DNA from: Eledone cirrhosa
Lineage: Eukaryota
DNA length: 64,000 nucleotides
Direction: 5' to 3'
Assembly (NCBI GenBank): GCA_964016885.1
Contig: OZ024747.1
Location: 55,676,001-55,740,000 of the forward strand
Under the pieces are notes generated by a model. The model saw only the letters and a program-made list of their open reading frames with translations. It ran no database searches and was not told the origin of the DNA. Both the position numbers and the translations under genes were made by a program. Of the stretch, positions 14,138 through 26,400 are shown one piece after another (the stretch's first letter is position 1; every line of letters begins with the position of its first letter).

Positions 14138-14325
14138 ATACACACGCACTCCACTTTGTGTTCCAACTCGTTACCAAGACTATCTAATGGTTTGTCTTAT
14201 TTCACTCTTCCTTTTAGAATTTTTTTACTCAGATATTTTTTCTGTTTCTTCTTTGTGATCCTATCTCTAGTTTGTATTTCTGAAGAAGGGCTTAAGCCCG
14301 ACATGTCAAGCTTTCTTTCTTCTTT
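13686..14325. repeat. Nested inverted repeat with ~185-bp arms around two (TA)n tracts and an internal partial duplication
   Basis: 13686-13870 is the reverse complement of ~14137-14325; 13785-13975 is repeated at ~13976-14177. Confidence 0.85.
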
Positions 14326-14348
14326 ATAAACACACACAAAACACATAC

Positions 14349-14382
<34 letters not shown>

Positions 14383-14397
14383 ATATAAACACACACT

Positions 14398-14482
<85 letters not shown>

Positions 14483-15264
14483 ACATATATACATACACCA
14501 TGTGTATACCTAGTTTTTTGCTTGAGTGAAAAATTAAGGATATTACAGCGGCCGAAATGCTAGGATAAATACTTAAACACTAAATATGTATAATATAGAG
14601 GGTGCCCACATATAGTTTCAATATCCTCACAGCATGGAAGAACACAGGCATTGACACACAAAACTCCATTATCTAAACACCTGTCTTAGTCCACTAAATT
14701 GGTTTGAGGCCTACACACATAGCACCCAGCACCTACACAGTTAAATAAATATGCTATATAGATGATATACACATAAATAACATACAACTTTAACAACGCA
14801 CATATAACACTCCAACTCTATTAATAACATACACACACAAAGCATATAAATCTTTAACTATACCCTACACCTTAATAAAAACTTACATTTGCTACAATAA
14901 TCCATATAATTGTAAATAAGAAAACACAAATACATACATATATACAATACAGATACATTACCGATTACATTTATAATTACATTTAAAAAAATATATTCGT
15001 AAATACGGAGGTTGCTTCCTCTGAAGAACAAAAACACTAAATTTATTATTATATTATTATTACAGAAACTTCTGTTGTGTCAAAAGATATGACAACTTTT
15101 GTACATTCGATTGACATTAAGACCATAGATAAGAGAGACGCATAACCTATGGCCTGTCTGGGAGGTGTGTATCCCTGCTTCAATACTGACATGATCAATG
15201 TAGACCTATCTAACACATGCTAGCAGGCTAAGTAGATGATAAACGATGATGATGATATATATAT

Positions 15265-18200
15265 AGATAAGATAATAGACGTAAATAGAGTGAACGACAG
15301 AATAATTAAAATACGACTTGTCCTCAATAGAACTACGGTGACAGTAATATCTGCGTACGCACCCCAATCCGGACTGCCCGGCACTATAAAAGACAGATTC
15401 TATGAGACACTGTTGCTAACTACCTCCCAAATATCTGACAGTGACTATATAATTATTGCAGGCGACCTAAATGGTCACGTTGGACAACATTGTGACGGCT
15501 ACGACGAAATCCATGGAGGCTATGGGTTTGGTACTAGAAATGAGTAAGGCTCCAGAATCCTGGAATTCTGTGATGCAAATAACCTAACTATCTGTAACAC
15601 TAACTTCAAAAAACGTGACAATCACCTGATCACCTATAGATCCGGGGAACACACAAGCCAGGTAGATTATATCCTTACCAGAAGACGTGACAGAGTGTCT
15701 GTTGTAAACACTAAATCCCTCCCCCATGAAGAATGCACCTCCCAACATAGACTGATAATTAGCGACCTCATAGTCAGGACGAGACGTACTCGACAGCAGA
15801 AGAGGACTATCCTCAGGAGAAAAATATGGAAGCTAAAGGACCCCACAGCCAGGAATAAATTTCAAAGCATATTACTTGATGCTTTCGACAGTAAGGAAGA
15901 ACATTTAGAGTCGGACAATATAGAGGGAGAGTGGGAATTTCTGAAAGCAAACCTGCTGTTGGCGACAGACGAAGTTTGTGGCTGGAGCAGGCCTGTAGGC
16001 AGGAGGAGAGTAACATGGTGGTGGAACAGTAGGGTGGAGGGGTCAATTAAGCCAAAAAGCAGGCTTGGAAAGTATGGCGGGATGGGGGAAGTAGAGTAGA
16101 CTATCAAGTGGCCAGGAGGGAAGCTAGGAGAGAAGTGTACTTAGCAAGAAGGGAAGCTGAGGAAAGAAAGTTCAAGCATGTTCTACAACGCGATGACCAA
16201 AAACGTGAGGTGTTCAGGATTGCTAGGCAATGCGTCAAGGAAAACCGTGACATTGTCGGGGAGAAGTGTGTACTTAACGATGATGGCATACTTGCCATCA
16301 CCGACACTGATAAGAAGGTAGCTTGGAAGTGTCACTATGAAAGGCTACTAAATGAGGAGAACAAATGGGAGAAAGACAGTCTCCCCCATATCGACCCAAT
16401 AGAGGGACCAGCAGTGTTAGTCGAGGGGAGTATAATAAGTAAGGCAATCAAGGATATGAAGACGGGTAAGGCGGCTGGGCCTTCGGAAATAGTTGCTGAG
16501 ATGCTGAAGGCATCTGGCACGGTGGGACACACCATGGTCACCCGCATAGTTAACCAAGTCGTACAGAATGGGGTTGTTCCGAAGGACTGGCATAGCAGCA
16601 GCATCGTTAACTGTTATAAGGGTAAAGGAGACGCCCTAGATAGGTGTAACTATAGAGGCATTAAATTAATCGACCAGGTCATGAAGGTCACGGAAAAAGT
16701 AATAGCGCAACTAATCAGAGAGAGAATTGACCTAGATGAAATGCAGTTCGGGTTTGTGTCAGGCAAAAGCACCACAGACGCTCTTTTCATAGTACGACAA
16801 CTACAGGAGAAGTACCTAGCTAAAGGTAAACCCCTCTACTTAGCTTTTGTCGACCTGGAGAAAGCCTTCGACAGAGTCCCCCGCTCCATTATCTGGTGGA
16901 CTCTTAGAAAACTAGGCGTTGACGAATGGCTTGTGAGGGCTATACAAGCCATGTATAAAGAAACAGTCAGCAAGGTTAGAATTAACAACGAATATAGTGA
17001 AGAGTTTAGCGTAAAAGTTGGCGTCCATCAGGGCTCTGTTCTCAGCCCCCTACTATTTATTATTGCCCTTCAGGCTATAACAGAGGAGTTCAAGACAGGC
17101 TGCCCATGGGAACTCCTATACGCAGACGACCTGACACTCATAGCGGAATCAATGGCCGAGCTAGAGAAGAAATTCCAAACATGGAAGCACGGCCTAGAGT
17201 CAAAAGGACTTAAAATTAACCTGGCTAAGACCAAAGTTCTAGTTTGTAGGAAAGAAAACAAGGCGGCGGTCCCTTCTGGGAAATGGTCGTGCTCGGTGTG
17301 TAGGAAAGGCGTAGGTAGAAACTCCATTTTATGTCCTAAATGCAAAGTATGGGTGCATAAAAGATGTAGTGGGATCACAGGTAAGCTAACTAAGAACATA
17401 GATTTTACATGTGGCCGGTGTTCTGGTGCAATAAGTAGCAGCAAGTGCCCACAAAATACTAGCTCTTTCAATTGCGCAGAGGGTTCTATAGAAATAGTGG
17501 ACAGCTTCCGTTACCTGGGCGATAAAATCAGCAGTGGGGGAGGGTGCTCTGAAAGTACTGTAGCTAGAGTCAGAACTGGTTGGAAAAAGTTCAGAGAGCT
17601 TATACCACTATTAGCTGCTAAAGGGTTCTCCCTAAAAATGAAAGGCAGGTTGTACGATGCCTGCATACGAACAGCAATGTTGCATGGTCGTGAGACCTAG
17701 GCAGTGTGTGCAGAGGATATACGCAGACTAGAGAGGAACGAAGCTTGCATGCTCCGCTGGATGTGTAACAGTAATATACGTGAACGGCAAAGCATAAACG
17801 AACTAAGGAAAAAATTAGAGATAAGAGGGATCAGATGTTGTTTACTCGAGAGAAGGCTGCGTTGGTATGGACACGTGATGCGCATGAAAGTCGATAGCTG
17901 TATAACAAAGTGCAGGGCAATGAAGATAGACGGTAGCCACGGAATAGGCAGACCTAGAAAAACCTGGGATGAGCTGATAAACTCCGACCTCACACACTTA
18001 CACCTCTCCAAGACAATGTCACTGGACCGAGACCTTTGGCGGTACTCAGTAACAGAGAAGACCCGCCTTGCCAGTAGGCATCTCTAACAAAATACACCCC
18101 GTCCCGCCACCACCCCCACCCCATCCACACCACCCCGTTCTATGTAAAGTTATGTTGGTGCCGCGCCATCCAGGCCGAAACAAATGAGATCGTGTAGGTG

Positions 18201-18443
18201 TCACGACAAAAAAACACACAGTCCACAGTTGTAATGTGGCCGTGTAGGCAACACGGTAAAAACCTCCCAGACCCACACTGTAAATGTGGTTGGTGTTAGG
18301 AAGGGCATCCAACTGTAGAAAACCTGCCAGACAGTCCTATGCGAGCAAGACAATCACTCTTGCCTCAAGTGGGACTACCCCCGTCCAAACCCATGCAAGC
18401 ATGGAACACGGACGTTAAACGTTGATGATGATGATGATGATGA
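15265..18443 (+). mobile_element. RTE-clade LINE, 5'-truncated: partial APE endonuclease, RT, PHD-like finger, C-terminus, 3' UTR, (ATG)n tail
   Basis: ISAYAPQ, GDLNGHVG, QVDYIL, SQHRL (APE); NYRGIKL, QFGF, FVDLEKAFD, GVHQGSVLSPLLF, LYADDL, FRYLG (RT); WYGHVMR, GRPRKTW. Stops at 15545 and 17698, frameshift near 16050. Confidence 0.97.
16108..17700 (+). pseudogene. RT-containing ORF segment of the RTE LINE (530 aa, ends at a TGG>TAG stop)
   Basis: RT motifs as above; the frame continues after the stop (17704-18087). Confidence 0.9.
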
Positions 18444-18460
18444 TATATATACATATATAT

Positions 18461-18660
18461 ATATTCATTTGACAGCTTTGTGGTGAGCTTTCTTACTCAG
18501 TAGTTTCATTTGCACACTCATATGATCATCAGTTGTCTGATGATCCTGTATGTGCATGAAACACCAGATTAACAAGTTCAACCACTTAGCTGTTTTGTTA
18601 AATGAATATTTAATCTCAACTTCAGTATTGAGTACTTTTTCTCAAATCCATCAATATACA
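18461..18660 (+). mobile_element. Decayed fold-back HHR mini-element
   Basis: GTTTC...TCATCAG ttgt CTGATGA...GAAAC symmetric about 18534; tail with TATTGAGTAC; a related tail fragment lies at ~47056-47135. Confidence 0.6.
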
Positions 18661-18744
18661 TACACATACACACACACTTATATATATATATATATGTAAC
18701 ATCATCATCATTGTCTCTCTGTCTGCTGTCTCTCTGTCTGTCTC

Positions 18745-18775
<31 letters not shown>

Positions 18776-19035
18776 GTCTGTCTGTCTGTCTCTGTCTGTC
18801 TGTCTCTCTGTCTGTCTGTCTGTTTTACGTCCGTTTTCCTTGATGGTATGACTTTCATGAGTTATATTCTTTTATTTCTTACCTAACTGAACCCACCTGC
18901 ATCTATTCAAACCTGGGAATATACAACATACCATTGCAGATGGAGTTAAAAAATTGTGTACGTGTGTACCTGTGTGTCAATGTGTATAAATCCATATGTA
19001 TATACAATAAATACACACATACACACACACACACA

Positions 19036-19261
19036 TATTTTTTTTAAACGATCGACCTTCGTCAAATCGGACCGAGGGAACAATGTTTCCGTTGGTCTTT
19101 CCAATTGCTAATACTATCTATCTGTCGCAACTCCAGGTAGAAGGAGCAACGTGAAATAAAGTGTCTTGCTCAAGGACATAACACATTGCCTGGTCCAGGA
19201 ATCGAACTCACAACCTTATGATTGCGAATCCAATTCTCTAACCACTCAGCCACATGCCTTC
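19036..19261 (-). mobile_element. CORE-type tRNA SINE (head related to family B, different tail)
   Basis: Minus strand TGGCTGAGTGG A-box, GTTCGATTCC B-box, GTCCTTGAGCAAGACACTTTATTTCAC core. Confidence 0.8.
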
Positions 19262-19321
19262 ACACACACACATATATATATGTATATATATATATATATA
19301 TCCATACATACATACACACAA

Positions 19322-19378
<57 letters not shown>

Positions 19379-19449
19379 CATACATATACATATATTTATA
19401 TATACACATATATACATACATATATATACATATATATATATACACACAT

Positions 19450-19643
19450 AACGAAGGAAATGTGGTAAGGAACCAGGTGGACCATAACGCACCAAAGTAC
19501 TCAATACTTAGGGTAGTAGAGTGGGTAATAGGAACAAGTAAGACCCCGACGGCTGAGCTCAAGCCGTTTCGACGGCTAATTCAGTCCAGAATTAGCCGTC
19601 GAAACGGCTTGAGCTCAGCCGTCGGGATCTTACTTGTTCCTAT
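19450..19643 (-). mobile_element. Fold-back mini-element with only the 3' half of an HHR: 55-bp arms 19528-19582 / 19589-19643 plus tail
   Basis: One mismatch between arms; GAAACGGCU(ugagcuc)AGCCGUC on both strands. Confidence 0.75.
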
Positions 19644-20478
19644 ATACACACATATATACATACACCCATAGAGAGAGAGAGAGGCAGGCAAAGGCTCATA
19701 TACACAGAGGTATTAATCTTACTGTGATGATTTTCAAGTGATACTGATACAGGAACAAGAATAAACAGACCCAGAAGTCTTAATAACAATAAACAGAGTT
19801 TACATGTTAAACATGAATTCACTGTTGGAAAATCTTATTTGTTTGCTTCCAAACCAATCACAGCACCAAATTTTATAAAGAATTTTACATTTGTCCATAT
19901 TATTTTCCAACAGATTCAACAATAATTCTAAGAATTGATAAGATATTTATCTATCAAATATCTATTGATAAAATATACATAGATATATTTTAGATATTTA
20001 TTTATATTGTTTATATAATTATACTTTGTATATATCTCCGCTTTCTTGTCGCCACAGTGCCGGCCACATTCCAAGCCATGCTGCCCTCAACAAGATCATT
20101 AAGTATCGCTTGGACGCCGGGACTGTGGGTGGGCCCCATCGCGTACCGTTGTAGTTGTTGTAGAAGAAACAGGAAGACAACAACTAATCTAATATGTATT
20201 TTTATTCCTTGATAAAGGGCCAAATCCACCCAAAGCTTTTTGCATTTGGGCCTTGTCTAACTCCATCCGGCGTGATTTAAGCTATGTTGTATGTTACCGT
20301 ATAACAACAGTAGTATTAACAAGAACAAAATATATATATATGAGATTAATATAATAACTAATTCGTTATATTTCTTTCTAATTGATTTTTTTCCATAAGA
20401 TTAACCTAATATTATAAGAACAACAATTAGTGTCTCTATATAAAATATATTTAGAAGAAGAAAGATAGATATTTCATT

Positions 20479-21178
20479 TTAACTCTTTTCATACCAACCA
20501 TCTGAAACCAATACAGAGTTCTGTGGTAGAAAGCTGCTTTTTTAAAAACCCTTTCATTACCATATTTCTAATAAATGTCACTATAAGTGCATTACATTAA
20601 AAATTAAACACTTTTCTAATATTGCAACTTTTCACAACAATCTGTCCACTAGTAGAGTTACTATGAATACTTAATTTTCTTTTTCTATTCATAGGAAGAC
20701 ATTAATGAAAAGTACTAAACAACACTAAGATTGAATCACATAAAAATGTTGAGGTTTTAGTCTTTACATTACTCTATATTTACTATTATATGTTCACAGT
20801 AAAGGCTTTATCTCACTTAATATCTCACATAATATCGAATCTATGAGATTTTGATATTATTTATTTAATAATAATTGTTTCTACTTTTTGCACAAGGCCA
20901 GGAATTACCCAGTTCATTACTGGTACTTTATTTTATCAACTCGGTAAGGATGAAAGGCAAAGTTAACCTTGACGGGATTTGAACTCAGACCGTAAAGGGA
21001 CGTAACTATGCTGGAAAGCATGGCGTCCGACCCTCTGCTGATACTGCCAATTCACCACCCTCTTTATTTAATAATAATGCCTTAACACCAGTATGAGCAC
21101 CCAGTTACAGCCAGTTTGAGCTGAAAGAGGTGAGAGAATTCTGGCCAGATACAGCCAGTTTAAATGCTAAAGGGTTAA
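20479..21178. mobile_element. Possible piggyBac-like MITE remnant (TTAA-bounded) containing a SINE A insertion
   Basis: Left TTAACTCTTTTCATACC, right AATGCTAAAGGGTTAA; short degenerate TIR. Confidence 0.4.
20866..21061 (-). mobile_element. SINE family A
   Basis: Same consensus. Confidence 0.9.
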
Positions 21179-21654
21179 ACAACATGTGTGTATGAACAGG
21201 AGGATTAAACTTAGCTGTGAGTATCTCGGTTTTTAGAATAGGTACACTGTAACCCAACATATCATAAGAAGGGACTGAAAGTGTTGGTGTCAGGAAGTGC
21301 ATCTGGCTGTAAAACATTGATACAAAAAGTTCCATTCAATTCATGCCATCATCGAAATAAGTGTAAAAATGATGTTTAGTTACAAAGAAAAGAGTAGTGC
21401 CCATGATACTTCAGGGCCTCGAAGACTGGGGGTGGTGGAAGTCATAGTTTAACTCCAGGATGGCCCAGATTGAGCAGCACTCTGGAGAAAGCCAATCCAA
21501 TCAAGTTAATCCTGACATTTGTTATGGTTTGGCTGGTGTTTCAGGTGTTTTGTGTGCTCCTATAGAGGCTATGTCATTTGTAGTTAAACATGTATGTATG
21601 TATGAAGGTAGGAAGGTATGGATGTACAGGGAAATGAAAATAAAAATGCAAGAT

Positions 21655-22361
21655 TGAAAAAGAGAGAAAGGAATGAGTATGATAGAGAGAGTGTGTGAGA
21701 GAGAGGAGGAGATAGAGAAGGAGAGTGAGAGAGAGGAAGAAATAGGCTGCATGAAATGATCAATGAAAAGATAAGAAAAGGGAAGTGTTTGTGAGAGAAG
21801 GGGCAGAAGGGGAACGAGAGGGTGGAGACGGAGTAGGGAGGGGGAGATGGGAGAGAGAGGGGGAGAAGGGGGAAATAGGGGAGACGAGAGAGAGAGAGAG
21901 AGAAAGAGAGTGAGAGAGAAGAAGAGAGGAAGAAATGGACTGCATGAAATGATCAATGAAAAGATAAGAAAAGGGGAGAGTCTTTGTGAGTCTTTGAGAG
22001 AGGGGGAAAGAGAGAGAGAGGGAAGAGAGATGGGAAAGTGAGGAGGAGAGAGGGTATAGGGAAGGGGGTAAAGAGGGAGGAGAGAGGGTATGTTAAAATA
22101 CAAAATAATTGATAAAGGTATAGAGAATAGAGAGGGGGTTAGATAAATACATAGATTGCCTAAAAGAAAAATAGAGAGAGATAATTTATAAAAGAAAGAG
22201 AGAAATAGTGTAAAAGAGTAAATGAGAGAGATAATATGAAAAAAGAGTGTATGGAAAGCTACATGAGAGGGAGAGGGAGAAAGGGGAAGAGGGGAAAAGA
22301 GAGAGAGAGTTGGGGGGAGAGAAGAAAAGGAAGAAATAGAGAAAGAAATATGAATAAGGAG

Positions 22362-22401
<40 letters not shown>

Positions 22402-22600
22402 GGGGATAAGAGAGGAGGAGAAGAGAGAGAGGGTGAGAAGAGAGATGGAGAAAAAGAGAGGGGGAGGAGAGAAAAGTAGAGATAGATATGACTGAGAGAG
22501 AGAAAGAGAGAGGGGGAGAAGAGAGATGGAGAAAAAAAGAGGGGGAGGAGAGAAAAGTAGAGATAGATAGATAGAGATAGAGAGAAAGAGATAGAAAGAA
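21655..22600. repeat. GA-rich low-complexity region
   Basis: Direct inspection. Confidence 0.85.
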
Positions 22601-22846
22601 AGCGAGAAATGTGTGTACAGTATTTGGTTAAAATTAAGTGAGTCTCAGAGGCAAAAATATTGTGTCCAAAGTAGACCAAGCTTTAGAAATTTGAGATTTC
22701 CTTGTATGATGATTCATTTTGCTTTTTCCCCATAGATGATAAATATCGATATACAAATACAAGCAATGTTATATTTGTATACTACACTCATGTATATACC
22801 ATACATACATACATACATGTATGCATGCTTGCATATATATATATGC

Positions 22847-22948
<102 letters not shown>

Positions 22949-23039
22949 CTATATATATATAAATAAATAAATATATATATACACATACATATATTACATG
23001 TATATATATGCATATATATTATATGCACACACACACACC

Positions 23040-23139
<100 letters not shown>

Positions 23140-23494
23140 CTAACATACTATTACAGAACAACATCAACAGCAGCATCATCAGCAACTTTAGCAGTACATA
23201 AGTATGTACGTATGGCTGGCTAGCTAGCTTTATCTCCCTGGAGAATTTCGTAAATAATCACATCTATATCCTCCAGCGTGTGCAATTGTATTGATAAACG
23301 ACTCAGAACAATATCGCCAGTTGATTGCTTAGCTAAGCGTATGATATTGTCTTAAATTTTCACTCGCTAATGAAATCTGTGCAATCTTAGTGTGAAATAG
23401 AAAAATTTTTCAATTTGTTTTGGGCTGTTTCATGTAATGATGGGCCGAGGTTTGTGAGGTTTGGTTCAGGTATGGTATGGTATGGCTTGATAGA

Positions 23495-26400
23495 GTTGGT
23501 CTTGGTGATGGTGTTGCTGTTGGCATTAGTGGTGATATAGATGTTGGCATTGGTGAAGTTGGTGTTGATGTCGGTGGTGATGTTGGGTGTTTTGTGTTGG
23601 TGTTGATGTCGGTGGTGGTGGTGTTGGTGTTAATGTCGGTGGTGGTGTTGATGTTGGTGTCGGTGGTGGTGTTGATGTCGGTGGTGGTGTTGATGTTGAT
23701 GTCGGTGTTGGTGTTGGTGGTGGTGTTGGTGTTTTGTTGTGTTGGTGTTGGTGTTGGTGTTGATGTCGGTGGTGGTGTTGGTGTTGGTGTTGGTGTTGGT
23801 GTCGGTGGTGGTGTTGGTGTTGGTGTTGATGTCGGTGTTGGTGTTGGTGTTGGTGTTGATGTCGGTGGTGATGGTGGTGTTGGTGTTGGTGTCGGTGGAG
23901 GTGTTGGTGTTGGTGTCGGTGTTGATGTCGGTGTTGGTGTTGGTGTCGGTGGTGGTGGTGTCTGTGGTGGTGGTGATGTCGGTGTTGGTGTTGGTGTTGG
24001 TGTCGGTGGTGATGTTGATGTCGGTAGTGGTGTTGGTATTGGTGTTGGTGTTGGTGTTGGTGTTGGTGTTGATGTCGGTGGTGGTGTTGGTGTTGGTGTC
24101 GGTGTTGATGTCGGTGTTGGTGTTGGTGGTGGTGTTGGTATTGGTGTTGGTGTTGGTGTTGATGTCGGTGGTGGTGTTGGTGTTGGTGTTGGTATTGGTG
24201 TTGGTGTTGGTGTTGATGTTGGTGGTGGTGTTGGTGTTGGTATTGGTGTTGGTGTTGGTGTTGATGTTGGTGGTGGTGTTGGTGTTGGTATTGGTGTTGG
24301 TGTTAGTGTTGGTGGTGATGTTGATGTTGGTGTTGGTGTTGGTATTGGTGTTAATGTTGGTGTTGATGTCGGTGGTGGTGTTGGTGTTGGTGTTGGTATT
24401 GGTGTTGGTGTTGGTGTTGATGTTGGTGGTGGTGTTGGTGTTGGTGTTGGTATTGGTGTTGGTGTTGGTGTTGATGGTGGTGTTGGTGTTGATGTTGATG
24501 TTGGTGGTGGTGTTGGTTTTGGTGTTGGTGTTGGTGTTGGTGTTGGTGGTGGTGTTGATGTTGATGTTGGTGTTGATGTTGATGTTGGTGGTGGTGTTGG
24601 TTTTGGTGTTGGTGTTGGTGTTGGTGGTGGTGTTGATGTTGATGTTGGTGTTGATGTTGATGTTGGTGGTGGTGTTGGTTTTGGTGTTGGTGTTGGTGTT
24701 GGTGTTGGTGTTGATGTTGGTGGTGGTGTTGGTGTTGGTGTTGGTGGTGGTGTTGGTGTTGGTGTTGGTGTTGGTGTTGATGTTGATGTTGGTGGTGGTG
24801 TTGGTTTTGGTGTTGGTGTTGGTGTTGGTGGTGGTGTTGATGTTGATGTTGGTGTTGATGTTGATGTTGGTGGTGGTGTTGGTTTTGGTGTTGGTGTTGG
24901 TGTTGGTGGTGGTGTTGATGTTGATGTTGGTGTTGATGTTGATGTTGGTGGTGGTGTTGGTTTTGGTGTTGGTGTTGGTGTTGGTGTTGGTGTTGATGTT
25001 GGTGGTGGTGTTGGTGTTGGTGTTGGTGGTGGTGTTGGTGTTGGTGTTGGTGTTGGTGTTGGTGGTGATGTTGATGTTGGTGGTGGTGTTGGTGTTGGTT
25101 TTGGTGGTGGTGTTGGTGTTGGTGTTGGTGTTGATGTCGGTGGTGGTGTTGGTGTTGGTTTTGGTGGTGGTGTTGGTGTTGGTGTTGGTGTTGATGTCGG
25201 TGGTGGTGTTGGTGTTGATGTCGGTGGTGGTGTTGGTGTTGATGTTGGTGGTGGTGTTGGTTTTGGTGGTGGTGTTGGTGTTGGTGTTGGTGTTGATGTT
25301 GGTGGTGGTGTTGGTGTTGGTTTTGGTGGTGGTGTTGGTGTTGGTGTTGGTGTTGATGTCGGTGGTGGTGTTGGTGTTGATGTCGGTGGTGGTGTTGATG
25401 TTGATGTTGGTGGTGATGTTGATGTCGGTAGTGGTGTTGGTATTGGTGTTGGTGTTGGTGTTGGTGTTGGTGTTGATGTCGGTGGTGGTGTTGGTGTTGG
25501 TGTCGGTGTTGATGTCGGTGTTGGTGTTGGTGGTGGTGTTGGTGTTGGTGGTGGTGTTGGTATTGGTGTTGGTGTTGGTGTTGATGTCGGTGGTGGTGTA
25601 GGTGTTGGTGTTGGTGTTGGTATTGGTGTTAATGTTGGTGTTGATGTCGGTGGTGGTGTTGGTGTTGGTGTTGGTATTGGTGTTGGTGTTGGTGTTGATG
25701 TTGGTGGTGGTGGTGTTGGTGTTGGTGTTGGTATTGGTGTTGGTGTTGGTGTTGATGTTGATGTTGGTGGTGGTGTTGGTGTTGGTGGTGGTGTTGATGT
25801 TGATGTTGGTGTTGATGGTGGTGTTGGTTTTGGTGTTGGTGTTGGTGTTGGTGTTGATGTTGGTGGTGGTGTTGGTGTTGGTGTTGGTGTTGGTATTGGT
25901 GTTGGTGTTGGTGTTGATGTTGGTGGTGGTGTTGGTGTTGGTGTTGGTATTGGTGTTGGTGTTGGTGTTGATGTTGATGTTGGTGGTGGTGTTGGTGTTG
26001 GTGGTGGTGTTGATGTTGATGTTGGTGGTGGTGTTGGTTTTGGTGTTGGTGTTGGTGTTGGTGTTGGTGTTGATGTTGGTGGTGGTGTTGGTGTTGGTGT
26101 TGGTGGTGGTGTTGGTGTTGGTGTTGGTGTTGGTGTTGGTGGTGATGTTGATGTTGGTGGTGGTGTTGGTGTTGGTTTTGGTGGTGGTGTTGATGTTGGT
26201 GTTGGTGTTGATGTCGATGGTGGTGTTGGTGTTGGTTTTGGTGGTGGTGTTGGTGTTGGTGTTGGTGTTGATGTCGGTGGTGGTGTTGGTGTTGATGTCG
26301 GTGGTGGTGTTGGTGTTGATGTTGGTGGTGGTGTTGGTTTTGGTGGTGGTGTTGGTGTTGGTGTTGGTGTTGATGTTGGTGGTGGTGTTGGTGTTGGTTT

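Noticed and set aside
21522-22679. 385-aa Ser/Leu/Pro ORF
   Set aside because: Reverse complement of GA-rich low-complexity DNA
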